Shown here piece after piece: positions 1 to 12,643 of a DNA stretch of 64,000 nucleotides. Positions within the stretch are counted from its first letter, which is position 1. Every line of letters starts with the position of its first letter. The translations under genes were made by a program, and so were the position numbers. Location: assembly GCA_977017645.1 (NCBI GenBank), contig OZ360227.1, forward strand, positions 24,118,001-24,182,000, in the 5' to 3' direction. The notes below the pieces were generated by a model, which saw only the letters and a list, made by a program, of their open reading frames with translations, was not told where the DNA came from and ran no database searches. The DNA comes from Torpedo marmorata (taxonomy: Eukaryota).

Positions 1-240
1 CGATCCAGCCTCTCTTCATATGCAAATCCCGCCATCCCTGGTATCAATCTAGTAAACCTTTACTGCACTCTCTCTATGGCAATGATGTCTTTCCTCAGAT
101 AAGGAGACCAAAACTGAACACAATACTCCAGGTGAGGTCTCACCAAGGCCCTATACAACTGCATCAATACCTCTCTGCTCCTGTACTTGAATCTTCTTGA
201 TATGAACACCAACATATCATTCATCTGTTATACGGACACC
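1..240 (-). mobile_element. CR1-type LINE fragment
   Basis: Reverse strand reads the CR1 RT C-terminal motif [13 protein letters not shown]. Confidence 0.75.
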
Positions 241-724
241 AAGGAACTCTCCATGACGGAACCATTGATGTCTAGTGGAGAATGGTCGACCTCCTGAAGT
301 CCACAATCATCTCCTTTGTCTCCTCCATGTTGCGACTCAGGTTGTTGTTCTCGCCCCATTTGACGAGCTTCCAAGGTTGATGTTAGAACTGCTGCACCTG
401 GGTGAGGAGCACTAGAACAGTATTTGGTCTGTGGGTAAATTTTTTACGCGATGTTCACAATGACTCTGGAGAGGGCTGTGAGTTTTGAGATGAAAACAAT
501 TCAAGTTGGCATGGCCTTCTGTTCATTTGGTAGTAATTTGCTGAAACAAAACAGGGCAATTGTGTCCAGATTTATAATTATGTGCGTTTCTGTTTTAAAG
601 AATCTGCTTGCAGTGCTTTAACATGTCAAGAAACCAAGGTCTTGGTCATGGGAGGTCGCCTGAATTGGCATTATGCAAACTGACTGGTTCAACCTCTCAG
701 AGTCGCGAATCTGTGGGGAAATGT

Positions 725-1136
725 CAAATGTGCCAATGCACAGGACAGGAAGAGGCTACAGAGAGTTGTTAACTCGGCCAGCGCCATCATGGGCATTAGT
801 CTTCACACCATTAAGTATATCTACAAAAGCTGGTGTCTCAAGAAAGCAGCCTCTATCCTCAAGGACCCTCACCACCCAGGCCATGCCCTCTTCTCACTGC
901 TACCATTAGGAAGGAGGTACAGGAGCCTGAAGATGAACACCCAACAGTACAAAAACAGCTTCTTCCCCTCCGCCATCAGATTTCTGAATGGACAATGAAC
1001 CACAGACACTACCTCACTTTTTCTCTTCATTTGCACTCATTTATTTATTTTTACAAATGTAATTTATAGCAAAATTTGCTCCTGTAATGCTGCAAATTTC
1101 GTGATACCTGTTCATGATAATAAATTATGATTCTGA
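725..1136 (+). mobile_element. Rex1/Babar LINE 3' end
   Basis: KKAASILKDPHHPGHALFSLLPLGRRYRS...SFFPSAIRFLN; AATAAA-(ATTCTG) tail. Confidence 0.85.
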
Positions 1137-1139
1137 CGT

Positions 1140-1850
1140 CATGGATGGTAAAGTGGTTGAATGTGTTTAGACTGTGTGGAGGAGCAGAGATCTTGGGGTC
1201 AAGGTCCATATATCCCTCAAGGTTACTGCGCAAGTTGATACGTTGGTTAAGATATCGTATGGTGTGCTGGCCTTCATTAATCAAGGGATAGAGTTCAAGA
1301 GCTGTGAGGTAATGTTGCAGCTCAATATAACAGGTTAGACCACACTTAGAGTGTTGCTTTCAGTTCTGGTCGCCTCATTACAGGAAGGATGTCGATGTTT
1401 TGGAGAGGGTGCAGAGGAGATTTATAAGGACGTTGCCTGGATTGAAAAACATGTCATACGAAGCAAGGTTAACAGAGCTCGGATTTTCTCTTTGGAGCGA
1501 CGAAGGATGCGAGGTGACTTAACAGAGGTAGATAACCAGCACCTTATTCCTGGGATAGCAAGTACCAGAGGACATCTCTTTAAGGTGAGGGGAGGAACGT
1601 TTAGGGAAGATGTCAGAGGAACTTATTTTTTACACAGAGAGTGGTGGGTGCCTGGAATGCATTGCTGGGGTTGGTGGTGGAGGCTGGTACAATAGGGACA
1701 TTCAAAAGACTCTTAGATAGGCACATGGATGTAAGAAAATAGAGAATTGTAGGTTTGAGGTAGGGAAGGATTAGATTGTTGTGGAGTAGGTTTAAATAGG
1801 TAATCACTACATTGTGGGCTGAAGGGCCTGTACTGTGTTGTGATGTTCTA
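1140..1850 (+). mobile_element. CR1-type LINE 3' fragment
   Basis: FSLERRRMRGDL, TRGHLFKV; 3' end GGGCTGAAGGGCCTG. Confidence 0.85.
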
Positions 1851-2639
1851 AGAAGGCAATCTCGTTACTGATAGCACGGAGTAGAATTGGTGGGGCAGTG
1901 TCAGGTTGGTAGCGCAGAACCTCGTCAGCCCAGTAAGGATTCGAATCCAGGACACTGGCGCTGTAATAGCGTTGTAGTAACTGCTACGCGAACCGTGCTG
2001 CCCAACTCAACCATGATTCAAACATGCTAAAAAAAATACAGTCAAACTCATGATTATAGATTGGTATTCAGGGCTCTGATTGTGGTCAAGGTTATGACCG
2101 TTGACTGCAGATCAGCAGAGCCAATACATTCACGGGTTTGAAAAATTAATTGTGTCTTTATATCCCTTGTTTTTCTTTTACAGAGGTGATGTTCCTACAG
2201 TCTCAAACATTGTTTCTTCCCCTCCTTTGAAACTATTGAGACTGTTCCAGCAGCTCGGAGATACCACCCTTAAGGCATGGTCAAAGTACAGCACAGACAC
2301 AGACCCTTCTGCCCACTGAGCCCATGCTGACTTTTTTTGCCCATCTACACCAATCCCATTTATGATACGGAATGAGAGCTTATAGTCAAATACAGAAGTA
2401 CAATGTCCAGATGCACTGAAATTCAAACTTGCTGCAGCCAAACAGGTATACGAAATACACCAACTGCAATAGTGTAAATTACCACAATGCGCCATGAGAC
2501 AAAAACATAGGTAAATATTCACATTTGCAGTTGGTGCAAAAAATAAAAATAAAGTGATGTTTCAACAGTGCAGACTGGTCTTTGGTGGCCCTGGAGTAGT
2601 GTGATGGTCAGGGGAGTATGGGAAGATTGCATTAGGTCC

Positions 2640-4005
2640 ATGTGCTTCTGTGCCTTGTCCAAACATCTCTTAAACACGCATCATACCTGATGCCACCACA
2701 CTTCTGACAGTGAGTGGCTGATATCAACCACGGCTTGTAAAAGTTAAAACACTCCCCTCAGATCCCCTTTTAAACTCATTCCTCTCTCCTTTATACCTGT
2801 GCCATCTTGCTTTTGATACCCCTACCGTGGGAAAAAAATATTTGACTACTTAACTTAGCCATACCTCTTACAATTTTATATCCCTCGATCAGGCACCTTT
2901 GCACCAGGGAGAACAAGCCCAGACTGTCCAATTTCTCCCAATAACTAAACGAGGCAATATCCTGGTAAATCTCATCTGCATTCCCTTCACCAAAACTGTA
3001 TCCTTCCTCTGGTGTGCCAACCTGAACTGTACACAATACTCCCAAGTGCTGTCCAACCAATGTTTTGCAAATGCATTACACAAACCTGGTGGAGAAACTC
3101 AGCAGGTCATGCAGCATTCATAGGAAGTAAAAGGTAACCAACATTTTGGGCCTGAGCCCTTTGTTGGGAAGGCGGAAAAGCAGGTAGACGCCTGAATAAA
3201 ATGGAGGGGGGGAGGAGGAGAAGAGGGAGGAAGGGGGAGAAGCACAGGGTAAGAGGTAATAGGTGGATACAGGTGGGAGGTTAGAAGAGAAAAAAGCTGA
3301 GAAGTGATAAGGCGGGGGCCGAGGGTATTTCTCTGATAGCAGAAGGGGGTGGGGAGTTGGAAGAAGGGAGACAGAGGGGTAGGAAAAGAGAGAGACAAGG
3401 GAGAGGGGGTTAATGGAAATTGGAGGTCGATATTGATGCAATCGGGTTGGAGACTGTTGAGACGGAATATAAGGTGTTGTTCCTCCAATTTGCGTATGGC
3501 CTCGGTTTGGGAGTACAAGAGGCCATGGATAGACATATCAGTGTAGGAATGGTGCGTGGAATGAAAATGGGTGGCCACTGGGAGGTCCTTGCTGATGCAG
3601 CAGACAGAGCCGAGGTGCTCAACTAAGCGATCTCCCAGTCTGCATCCAGTCTCACCAATGTAGAGGAGACCACAACGAGAGCACCAGATGCAGTAAATGA
3701 CCCCTACAGATTTTTATCACAATGTTTTGCAATGTTGCCATATTTTATATTCTGTGTCCTGACCAATGAAGGCAAGCGTGCAATATGCCTTTATCAGCAC
3801 CCTGTCTACCTGTGTTGTTGCTTTCAGTGAACAATGGACTTGAACCCCAAAGTCCCTCTGTTCAACATTCCTCTGCACCCTGCCACTTTCTGTGTATGTC
3901 TTACCCCGGTCTGACTTGCCAAAATACATTATCTTGCGGATGTCGGAATTAAATTCATCAGCCAAGCTCCTCCCAACTTCCCAACTGATTTATATCCTGC
4001 TGTAA
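2640..4005 (-). mobile_element. CR1 fragment interrupted by a Penelope element
   Basis: WEYCVQF...LFSLVQR (2791-3083) and FNSDIRKIMYFG...DFGVQVH (3717-3965) are consecutive CR1 RT parts on either side of the PLE. Confidence 0.7.
3070..3714 (-). mobile_element. Penelope-like element 3' end (GIY-YIG tail + pseudo-LTR)
   Basis: ATHFHSTHHS...RKLEEQHLIFRLNSLQPDCINID; pLTR motif GCTGAGTTTCTCC. Confidence 0.85.
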
Positions 4006-4343
4006 CAGTTCTTCAACTCATTCAATGAGTATCTGTGGGTTGCAGGACTGGAGAGGGGAATGTACCAGCTCATCTTGTCTCTCAGGATCTGTACGCACCC
4101 ACGTGTGCCCACGTGATCACTGATTGCTCACACCTGCCCATCGGTGCATAGACTCAATGCCCAGGAAGGGTTAGGGCATGGCCTAATTTCCCCCACCCCT
4201 CCGCCCACTCAAGTCTGACCACACACTGCTCTATTGTGGGACGATCTGATGATGCACAGTTGAGTTCTGAAAGCAGGAACACTCACCACATTAATGACGG
4301 TCTGGATGAAGCCAGGAAGTGGGATTAACCCAGAGTCCATTCC

Positions 4344-4600
4344 TGGCAGCACAGCGTAGCGGTTAGCGTAATGCTATGACAGCGCCAGCGACCTGGGTTT
4401 GAATCCGGCGCTTGTCTGTAAGCAGTTTGTACGTTCTCCCCATGTCTGCGTGGGCTTCCTCGGAGTGCTCTTGCTTCCTCTTGTTCCAAAGACCTACGGG
4501 GTTAGTAGGTTAATTGGGTGTATTTGGGAGGCATGGGTTCATTGGCCAGAAAGGCCTGTTACTGTACTGTGTGTCTAAGTTAAATTAAAAAAAATTTAAA
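4344..4600 (+). mobile_element. HE1-like V-SINE
   Basis: tRNA-like head (GCGTAGCGGTTAGC, GGGTTTGAATCC), V-domain GTACGTTCTCCC..GTCTGCGTGGG, CR1-like tail. Confidence 0.85.
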
Positions 4601-4794
4601 CTAATGAGCCATATGTCTGGTTTTTCTGCTGAGGACAACTTCACTGAAGTACAGTGTGTAATGATCCAACAACGGTGTTTCTGCCAGCATTGGGAATCTT
4701 ACATCAAGACGATCAATTGTCTTGATCCTTGTGATCGGCCAAGCATTCTGTCTCTTCTTCTAACTCTGCCACTGAGTTACCATTTCTCTAGTAA

Positions 4795-4900
4795 AACACA
4801 ATGCTGGAGAAACTCAGCAGGTCAAACAGTGTACTTTATATAGCAAAGATAAAGATACATAACCAACCTTTCGGGCTTGAGCCCTTCATCAAGGTATGGT
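4795..4900 (-). mobile_element. Penelope pseudo-LTR fragment
   Basis: Close match to 42900-43005 at the end of the long PLE. Confidence 0.8.
4858..4898 (-). ncRNA. Minimal type I hammerhead-ribozyme-like motif (PLE-associated)
   Basis: CAUACC-UUGAUGA-A-GGGC(UCAA)GCCC-GAAA-GG-UU-GGUUAUG: stem I, core boxes and stem II visible; U instead of C at core position 3. Confidence 0.55.
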
Positions 4901-5789
4901 TCTCTGCTCCTTCCTTCCTCCCCTCTGTCTGAACCTTGACTTGTTTCTCTGGATTGAGCTGAGCAAAGACCAGGTAGATGTGGGAAGCTCATCACTTGGG
5001 GCTGGATGTTTACGGACTCCCAGGTTCCCAGGCCTCCGGAGCTGGGGAGCCTCACCAATCATGGCGCAGGAGCTGGAGTAATGCGAGCAGCAATGGTCGA
5101 TAGCAATGCTGTCAACCAGACGTAGACTGTAGGGAGCAGAGATGCACAGGAGACCTCAGATGGTGGAAGAGGACTGCAGAGGGGAGATGCACAAGAGACT
5201 GCAGATGAATCTGGAGCAACAAGCAATCTGCTGAAGGAACTCAGTGGATCGAGCAGCATCAGTGAGAGGAAAAGAATGATCGATGTTTCATGATGTAGTG
5301 TGGAGAAGGTGCTGTATCATCCAGGCAGATGGCAGAAGACCCAGTAGAGATGGGCAGTTCAAAGACAACAGTAGGACAGTTGGTCAGTATGGGTGTGTGG
5401 GCCGAAGGGCCTGTTCCTGCACTGTACAACTTTAGATCTGCTTTCACTCAGCAGTGTAATGCAATGCAATTTTGCAAAGGAGAACCAAGGAGTGTACCTA
5501 TCAGTTGAGGGTGTAACAGAACACATGCCATCTGCAAGAGCTGTAAATGATGATTTCCCTGGGAAATGCAAGCATTGAATAGTGAGCAGTCATTTGTCAG
5601 ACCTATTGGTGAATCAAATAATAAGGAAGAGACAAACTCGACTGAGTTGACTGTTGAGATTTGATTGAATTGTACACACGACCAGTGCATGCTTATTAAT
5701 TAGCCTTTCTGAGTGAAACAATGTCTCCTCGGTCAGGAGAAGAGCCCGTCAATCACTCATTCATCAATTGCAGAAAGGCACAGGTCAAT

Positions 5790-6280
5790 TCAGGTTGACC
5801 AGGTGTACCGTGGAGAGCATTCTGACTGGTTGCATTACTGGTATGGAGGTGCCAATGCACAGAACAGGAAAAGGCTACAGAGAGTTGTGAACTCGGCCAG
5901 CGCCATCATGGGCATCAGTCTTCACTCCATTAAGGACATCTACAAGAGGTGGTGTCTCAAGAAAGCAGTATCATCAAAGACCCTCACCACCCAGGCCGTG
6001 CCCTCTTCTCACTGCTACCATCAGGAAGGAGGTACAGGAGCCTGAAGATGCACACTCAATGGTACAGAAACAGCTTCTTCCCCTCCGCCATCAGATTTCT
6101 GGATGGACAATGAACCACAGACATGACCTCACTTTTTTCCCTTTCTTTTGCACTAATTTATTTATTTAATTTTAAATGTAATTTATAGCAACTTTTGCAC
6201 TAGTAATGCTGCTGCGAAACCACAAATTTTGTGACATATGTTCATGACAATAAATTCTGATTCTGCTTCTGAATTCTGAC
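5790..6280 (+). mobile_element. Rex1/Babar LINE 3' end abutting the exon 3 acceptor
   Basis: WYGGANAQNRKRLQRVVNSASAIMG; AATAAATTCTGATTCTG tail. Confidence 0.85.
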
Positions 6281-6305
6281 ACATCCTTCTCCTTTGTTCT
6301 TGCAG

Positions 6306-6427
6306 CCAGCATGAAGAAGAACAGGAGCAGCTGGATGCCAGACAAGGTCACAAGCCAGCAAGTGAATGGGCAGCTGACTGCTCAGACGGACATGCCTGCG
6401 TTTTCCGAGGGAGAATTGGTGCTGGAG
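6306..6427 (+). CDS. AHR: AHR (AHR2-like) exon 3, bHLH-PAS-A linker
   Basis: Pyrimidine tract + TTGCAG acceptor and GTGAGG donor; 122 bp, phase 1 to 0; encodes SMKKNRSSW...AFSEGELVLE, matching the AHR EGExLLQ exon-3 end and joining exon 4 in frame. Confidence 0.85.
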
Positions 6428-6474
6428 GTGAGGATCCGAGCAATGCATTATTCTAGTGCAGGCATACCAGCTAA

Positions 6475-6895
6475 AATATTCCGTCTCGGCACTCTCCAGC
6501 CAGACAGCATTAACATTGACTTCTCCAGTTTCTATTAACCCCCTCCCCTGAGTCTCTCTCTTTCCCTACCTGTCTTCTTTCCTCCAAATCCCCATCCCCT
6601 TCCCTTCCCTCTCCTATCAGAGCGCTCCCCATCACCTCAGCTTTTTTCTTTTCTTCCCTCCCATCTATATCTACCTATGACCTCTTACCTGTTAGTCTGT
6701 GTTTCTTCTCCTGCCCCTTCCTCATTCCTCCCTCCTCTCATCCTCCCCCCCCCCCCCACCTTTCTACCTGACGCAATGCCCAGGCCCTAAACATTGGTTA
6801 CCCTTTACTTCCCACGGATGCTGCGTGACCTGTTGAGTTTTTCCAGCATGTTTGTGTATTGCACTCGACCCCTGCATCTGCGAACTTTCTTGTTT
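6475..6895 (+). mobile_element. Penelope-like 3' fragment
   Basis: IFRLGTLQPDSINIDFSSF stop, pyrimidine tract, pLTR. Confidence 0.8.
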
Positions 6896-7199
6896 AATTC
6901 CATACCAGATCAAAATTTATTTTCTATGAAGATGGGAGCATGAAGGTTCCGGGGCTGAGCTGGAACACTGTGAGCGGGCAGTGTGGGAATGCTGGGCAAT
7001 AACATAGACCATGCGGTATGGAGGCAGGCAAATGACGGACAACAGCAATGGCCAATTCCAAGAATCAAATTAAATTGTTTTCATGTCACGTGCACTGAAA
7101 TGCCATTACAAAGCTTTGTTTTGTGTGCTATCCAGGCAAGTCAAGTAACCTGTACAGCAGGAAGTGTAATGACAACAAATAAACAATTTTTTAAATGAA

Positions 7200-7325
7200 T
7201 TTCCAACACAGTGGAAGGCCCTTCCAGCCCAGGAAACCCATGCCATGGGGAAAACATTCAAACTCCTTATGGACATCGTTGGATTCGAACCTGGGTCACC
7301 GTCATTGTGATCGCATTGCACTAAT
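7200..7325 (-). mobile_element. HE1-like SINE fragment
   Basis: GGATTCGAACCTGGGTC B-box and V-domain remnant. Confidence 0.65.
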
Positions 7326-7474
7326 CAAGTATGTAAACAAATAAATAGGAGTAGGGAGTCATGTTACAATGAGTCAAATAATACAGGGTATAGAGAAACT
7401 ACAGTTATAAGAGACAGGGCAAGGGCATCATCTTTTTCCAGTGTGAGATCTATTTGAGAGTCTGATAGCGACGT

Positions 7475-7685
7475 AGAGATTAGCGCAACGCTATTAGAGC
7501 GCCAGCGACCCGGGCTCGAATCTACCGCTGTCTGTAAGGACCTTATTCTTTTTCCCCGTGACCTGAATGGGTTTTCTTTGGATGCTCAGGGTTCCTCCCA
7601 CCCTCCAAAAAACATATCGGGTTGGTGGGTTAATTGGGTGCCATTGGGCGGCACAGGTTTCATGGTCCGGAAGGGCCTTTCTACC
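7475..7685 (+). mobile_element. HE1-like SINE
   Basis: tRNA-like head plus degenerate V-domain and tail. Confidence 0.75.
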
Positions 7686-7799
7686 TAACCCTAAACCTAA
7701 TGCGTGTTAGATCACTAAAATGAGATAAAACACAGAATGAAAGAAACTGTCCTTGAATCTGGAAGCTCATCTTCTCAAGGCTGACCAGGGTGGACTGCA

Positions 7800-10700
7800 T
7801 ATAGAGACAGAAATCAAAGGGTTGTGTGTGGTGGAAATAATGTTCTCAGGGGCATCTATTTCAATGCAAGGAGTATTGCAGGAAAGGCAGACGAGCTCAG
7901 AGTGTGGATTGACAAGTGGAATTACAAGATTGGGGCCATTAGTGAAACTTGGTTGCAGGAGGGGCAGGACTGGCAGCTCAATGTTCTGCGGCTCCATAGT
8001 TTCAGGCACGATAGAACGTGAGGGAAGAAAGGAGGAGGAGTGGCATCGTACGTGAGGGAAAATATCACAGCTGTCCTCAGACAGGACAGACCAAAGGGCT
8101 CATCCACTGAGGCTATATTGGTGGAGCTGAGGAATGGGAAACGTATGACCACACTCATGGGGTTGTATTATTGACCACCCAATAGTAGGTGAGAATTGGA
8201 GGAGCAAATCTGCAGGGAAATAGCAGATAGCTGCAGGAAACATAAAGTTGTGATAGTCGGTAATTTTAACTTTCCACATATTGACTGGGCCTCCCTACTG
8301 TAAAAGGGCTGGAGGGCTTCGAGTTTGTCAAATGTGTTCAGGAAAGTTTTCTAATATATCAAGGTACCAACAAGAGAGAGTGCAATACTGGAGCTCTTAT
8401 TAGGGAACGAGACAGAACAGGTGACAGAAGTATGCCGAGGGAAACACTTTGGGTCCATTGATCATAATGCCATTAGTTTCAAGATAATTATGGATAAGGA
8501 TAGTGTCATGTATTCTATGTTAAGAAATACACTGCAGACAAAGGCATGATGCTTCGTTAGTCGTTTAATACAAATCTGAAAATGGTTCTCCCACCACACA
8601 CAGTATATATCAGTCAGAACGTCATCACATTGACATGATGACGACATACGCCTGTAGGCGTATACATAACACTCTTCCCCCCCACAAAATAAATGTTTGT
8701 ATGATTTTATATATATATGTGTGCAGTATTTATAATAAACTGCAATAACTATGTGTGGGTGCAGTATTTAAGCGTAATACCTGGTGTCTCTAGACTAATG
8801 GTGATTACAATGTAATGTAAGTATCAAAATGATAAAATGTTAAGTTACTGAACATAGTCTTTCAGTCGTTCTGGCGGATGTTTTTCCCGTTTTGATCGTC
8901 TCAGAGAGATCGACTCTGTCGGGATATTTTGCGGACTCTTCGCCTTTTGGGGTGGTACCTCGGTTGGTGGCAAGGACTGTGAACTTGATCTTTGGTGAAC
9001 CTCACTCGGCTGTTGTATAGGACTGGGTTGTTGAAGAGGACTGGTCTGTTGAGGGCCTCTTGGTGTCAACGATGTAGAGGGTTAATCTTTTTGGTGTTTG
9101 ATCTTTATATTTCACGTTTACGTTGACTTTTCCAAACACCTTGACCTTCTCCCCCGTAACTGTTTTTAACACCGTGTCGACCTCTTTAATGGTGAGGTGG
9201 GGTAGCAGTCGTCTTTTTAAATATAGTGGCATTAATGACACTGCTGCCCCTGTGTCCAACTCCATTCAAATAGGTTCGTTATTAATTTTCACTTTGACGT
9301 AGAATTCCGATTTTTTATTGTTCAATCCGCGAACATACATGACTTGCACTGTTTTGTCTTCTTCCGAGTCATTTGTTTCGGTGCTGGTATTTTCATCCTT
9401 CTCTTCCACCGCCCTTACTCTGGGTGAAAGCTTTCCATATTTCAGTCCTTTCTTTCTATCCTTTTTACCTTTGTTTCTTGGACATTTGGATCTGCTGTGA
9501 CCCTGTTTATCACACAGATGGCATTTTGATCTTTTAAAATAACAATTATCAGGACTGTGATTGCGTTTCCCGCAGCGAAAGCATTCTTGGCGGGAAAATC
9601 TGCCCACCACTAGCGGATTGCCTTGGCTAATGTCCAAGTTATTATCGGCCATTTCGAAACCCAAGGCTGTATCATATGCTGAATCAAGTGTTACTTGTTT
9701 TTGACTTAGTAATCGTTGTCTGGCATTGCGGTCTGCTAAACCCATAACTAATCGGTCTCTTACGGCTTCGGTTAAGAATTCACCAAACTCACAATGTTGT
9801 GAAAGTTTACGTAATTCAGCCAAAAATTCGCTTACCGATTCGCCTGTTCTCTGTTTTCTGAAATAAAATCTTTGTTTTCTGCCATTACAGGTGGTTTGGG
9901 GCTTAGATGTGCCCCTATTATACCACACAACTCTGCATAACTTTTTGTTCCTGGTCTTTCAGGTGCTATTAAAGATTTTACCAGTTGAAATGTCTTACTT
10001 CCCATCTGGCTTAGAAATAGCGATTGTTTTCGGTTGAACGGCGGAGTCTCAGTAATATTATAGGCAAGACAGTGATGATCAAATCGCTCTACATAGTCAT
10101 ACCAGTTTTCTTTGGAGTCCACGAACTTTCCAAACGGTGCTTCAGCCATTCTGAGTTTTTCTCTTCTTCTTTAGCTTTTCTAACAAGCTTGCTTATCTAT
10201 TGTTTACAAAAACATCTTCTGGGCTTCCTGCCAATTCTGCTAACATTCCTTTTTAAGTCTTCACTCCAAGAACTGGAGCCCAGGGGAGGTCCGTTTGAAT
10301 CCTCGTCGCCGATCTGTCATGTATTCTATGTTAAGAAATACACTGCAGACAAAGGCATGATGCTTCGTTAGTTGTTTAATACAAATCTGAAAATGGTTCT
10401 CCCACCACACACAGTATATATCAGTCAGAACATCATCACGTTGACGTGATGATGACATACGCCTGTAGGCGTATACATAACAGATAGGTCTGGGCCTTGG
10501 GTTGAGATTCTAGATTGGAGAAAGGCCAACTTTGAGAAAATGAGAAAGGATCTGGAGAGTCTGGATTGGACGAGGTTGTGCTCGGTAAGTGGAAGGCCTT
10601 CAAAGGTGAAATTTTGAGAGTACAAAGTTTGTATGTTCCTTTAAGGATTAAAGGCAAAGTTCACTGGCATAAAGACCCTTGGTTTTCAAGAGATAAGAAG

Positions 10701-12643
10701 AAGAGAGAGGTGTATAGCAGATATAGGAAAGAAGGAGCAAATTAGGTACTTGTGAAGTATAAAAAATGCAAGAAAAAAACATAAGAAGGAAATCAGCAGG
10801 GCAAAAAGAAGACATGAGGTTGCTTTGCCAGACAAGGTGAAGGAAAATAAGGGCTTCTACAGGTATATTAAGAGCAAAAGGATAGTAAGGGAAAAAATTA
10901 GTTCTCTTGAAGATCAGAGTGGAGGGCCATGTATGGAGTCAGAAGAGATGGGGGAGACCTTAAATGTTTTTTTTCTGCATCTGTATTTACTCAGGAAACT
11001 GACACAGAGTCTGGGGATGTGAGGCAAAGAAGCAGCAAGGTCATGGAACCTATACAGATTAAAGAGGAGGAGATGCTTGCTGTCTTAAAGCGAATAAAGA
11101 TGGATAAATCCCCATGGTATTCCCTTTGAATGAGAGAGGATAGTGCAGAAATTACAGGGGCTCTGTCAGATATATTTAAAATATCCTTAGCCACAGGTGA
11201 GGTGCTAGAGGATTGGAGGGTAGCGCATATTGTTCCGTTTTTTAAAAAAGACTCCAAAAATAGCCCAGGAAATTATAGGCCGTTGAGCCTGACATCAGTA
11301 GTAGGTAGGTTATTGGAAGGTGTTCTGAAAGATCAGATATACAAGTATTTGGATAGTCAGCGACTGATTAGGGATATTCAACATGACTTTGTGCATGGTA
11401 GGTCGTGTTTAACTGATATTATAGAGTTTTTCGAGGAGGTTACCAGGAATGTTTGATGAAGGAAAGGCTGTGGATGTTGTCTACATGGACTTTAGTAAGA
11501 CCTTTGACAAAGACCCACATGGGAGGTTAGTCAGGAAGGTTCAGTCACTCGGTATTCATGGTGAGGTAATAAATTGAATTCGACATTGGCTATACGGGAG
11601 AAGCCAGAGAGTGGTAGTGGATGATTGCTTCTCAGATTGGAGGCCTGTGACTAGTGGTGTGCCTCAGGGATCAGTGTTGGGTCCATTGTTGTTTGTCATC
11701 TATATCAATGATCTGGATGATAATGTGGTAAATTGGACCAGCAAGTTTGCAGATGACACAAAAATTGGAGGCGTAGAGGATAGCGAGGAAGGCTTTCAAA
11801 GCTTGCAGAGGGATCTGGAGCAGTTGGAAAAATGGGCTGCAAAATGGCAAATGGAATTTAATGCAGACAAATGTGAGATGTTGCATTTTAAAAGGACAAA
11901 CCAAGGTTGGACATACACAGTAAATGGTAGGGCACTGAGGAGTGCGGTAGAACCGAGGGATCTGGGAATACAGATACATAATTCCCTGAAAGTGGTGTCA
12001 CAGGAAGATAAGGCCATAAACAGAGCTTTTGGCATATTGGCCTTCATAAATCAAAGTATTGAGTGTAGGAGTTGGGATGTTATGGTAAAGTTATATAAGA
12101 CATTGACGAGGCCAAATATGGAGTATTTTGTACACTTTTGGTCACCTAACTACAGGAAACATGTCAATAAAATTGAAAGAATGCAGAGAAGATTTACTAG
12201 GAAGTTGCTGGAACCTGAGGAACTGAGTTACAGGAAAAGGTTAAACAGGTTAGGACTTTATTCCCTGGAGCGTAGAAGAATGAGGGGAGATTTAATAGAC
12301 GTTTACAAAATGATGAGGAGTATAGACAGAGTAAATGCATGTAGGCTTTTTCCACTGAGATTAGGTGAGATACAAACCAGAGGACATGGGTTAAAGGTGA
12401 AAGGGGAGAAGTTTTGGGGGAACTTCTTCACACAGAGAGTGGTGGGAGTATCGAACGAGCTGCCAGCTGAAGTGGTGAATGTAGGTTCAATTTTAACATT
12501 TAAGAATATTTGGACAGGTACATGGATGGGAGAGGTATGGAGGGATATAGACTGGGTACAGGACAGTGGAACTAGGCAGAATAATAGTTTGACACAGACT
12601 AGAAGGGCCTGTTTTCTGTATTGTAATGTTCTATGGTTCTATG
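7800..12643 (+). mobile_element. Near-complete CR1/HER1-type LINE ORF2 (APE + RT), degenerate, interrupted by a Gypsy at 8504-10482
   Basis: YFNARSI..DEL..AISETWL (endonuclease), GNYRPLSLTS, GVPQGSVLGPLLF, KFADDTK; (TTCTATGG)n tail; stops and frameshifts present. Confidence 0.93.
8504..10482 (-). mobile_element. Internally deleted Gypsy LTR retrotransposon (gag-protease, no RT/RH/IN core)
   Basis: Two 168-bp TG..CA LTRs (8504-8671, 10315-10482), 5-bp TSD GATAG, PBS CGGCGACGAGGAT (tRNA-Ser-GCT-like), PPT, two CCHC-type knuckles, LDTGA protease, LRRSKR tail. Confidence 0.95.

Noticed and set aside
2184-2275. Possible extra exon after a strong TTTTCTTTTACAG acceptor
   Set aside because: No AHR bHLH similarity and no convincing GT donor
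1-6300. AHR exons 1-2 (bHLH, SNPSKRHRDRLN)
   Set aside because: Motif not found; probably upstream of the window
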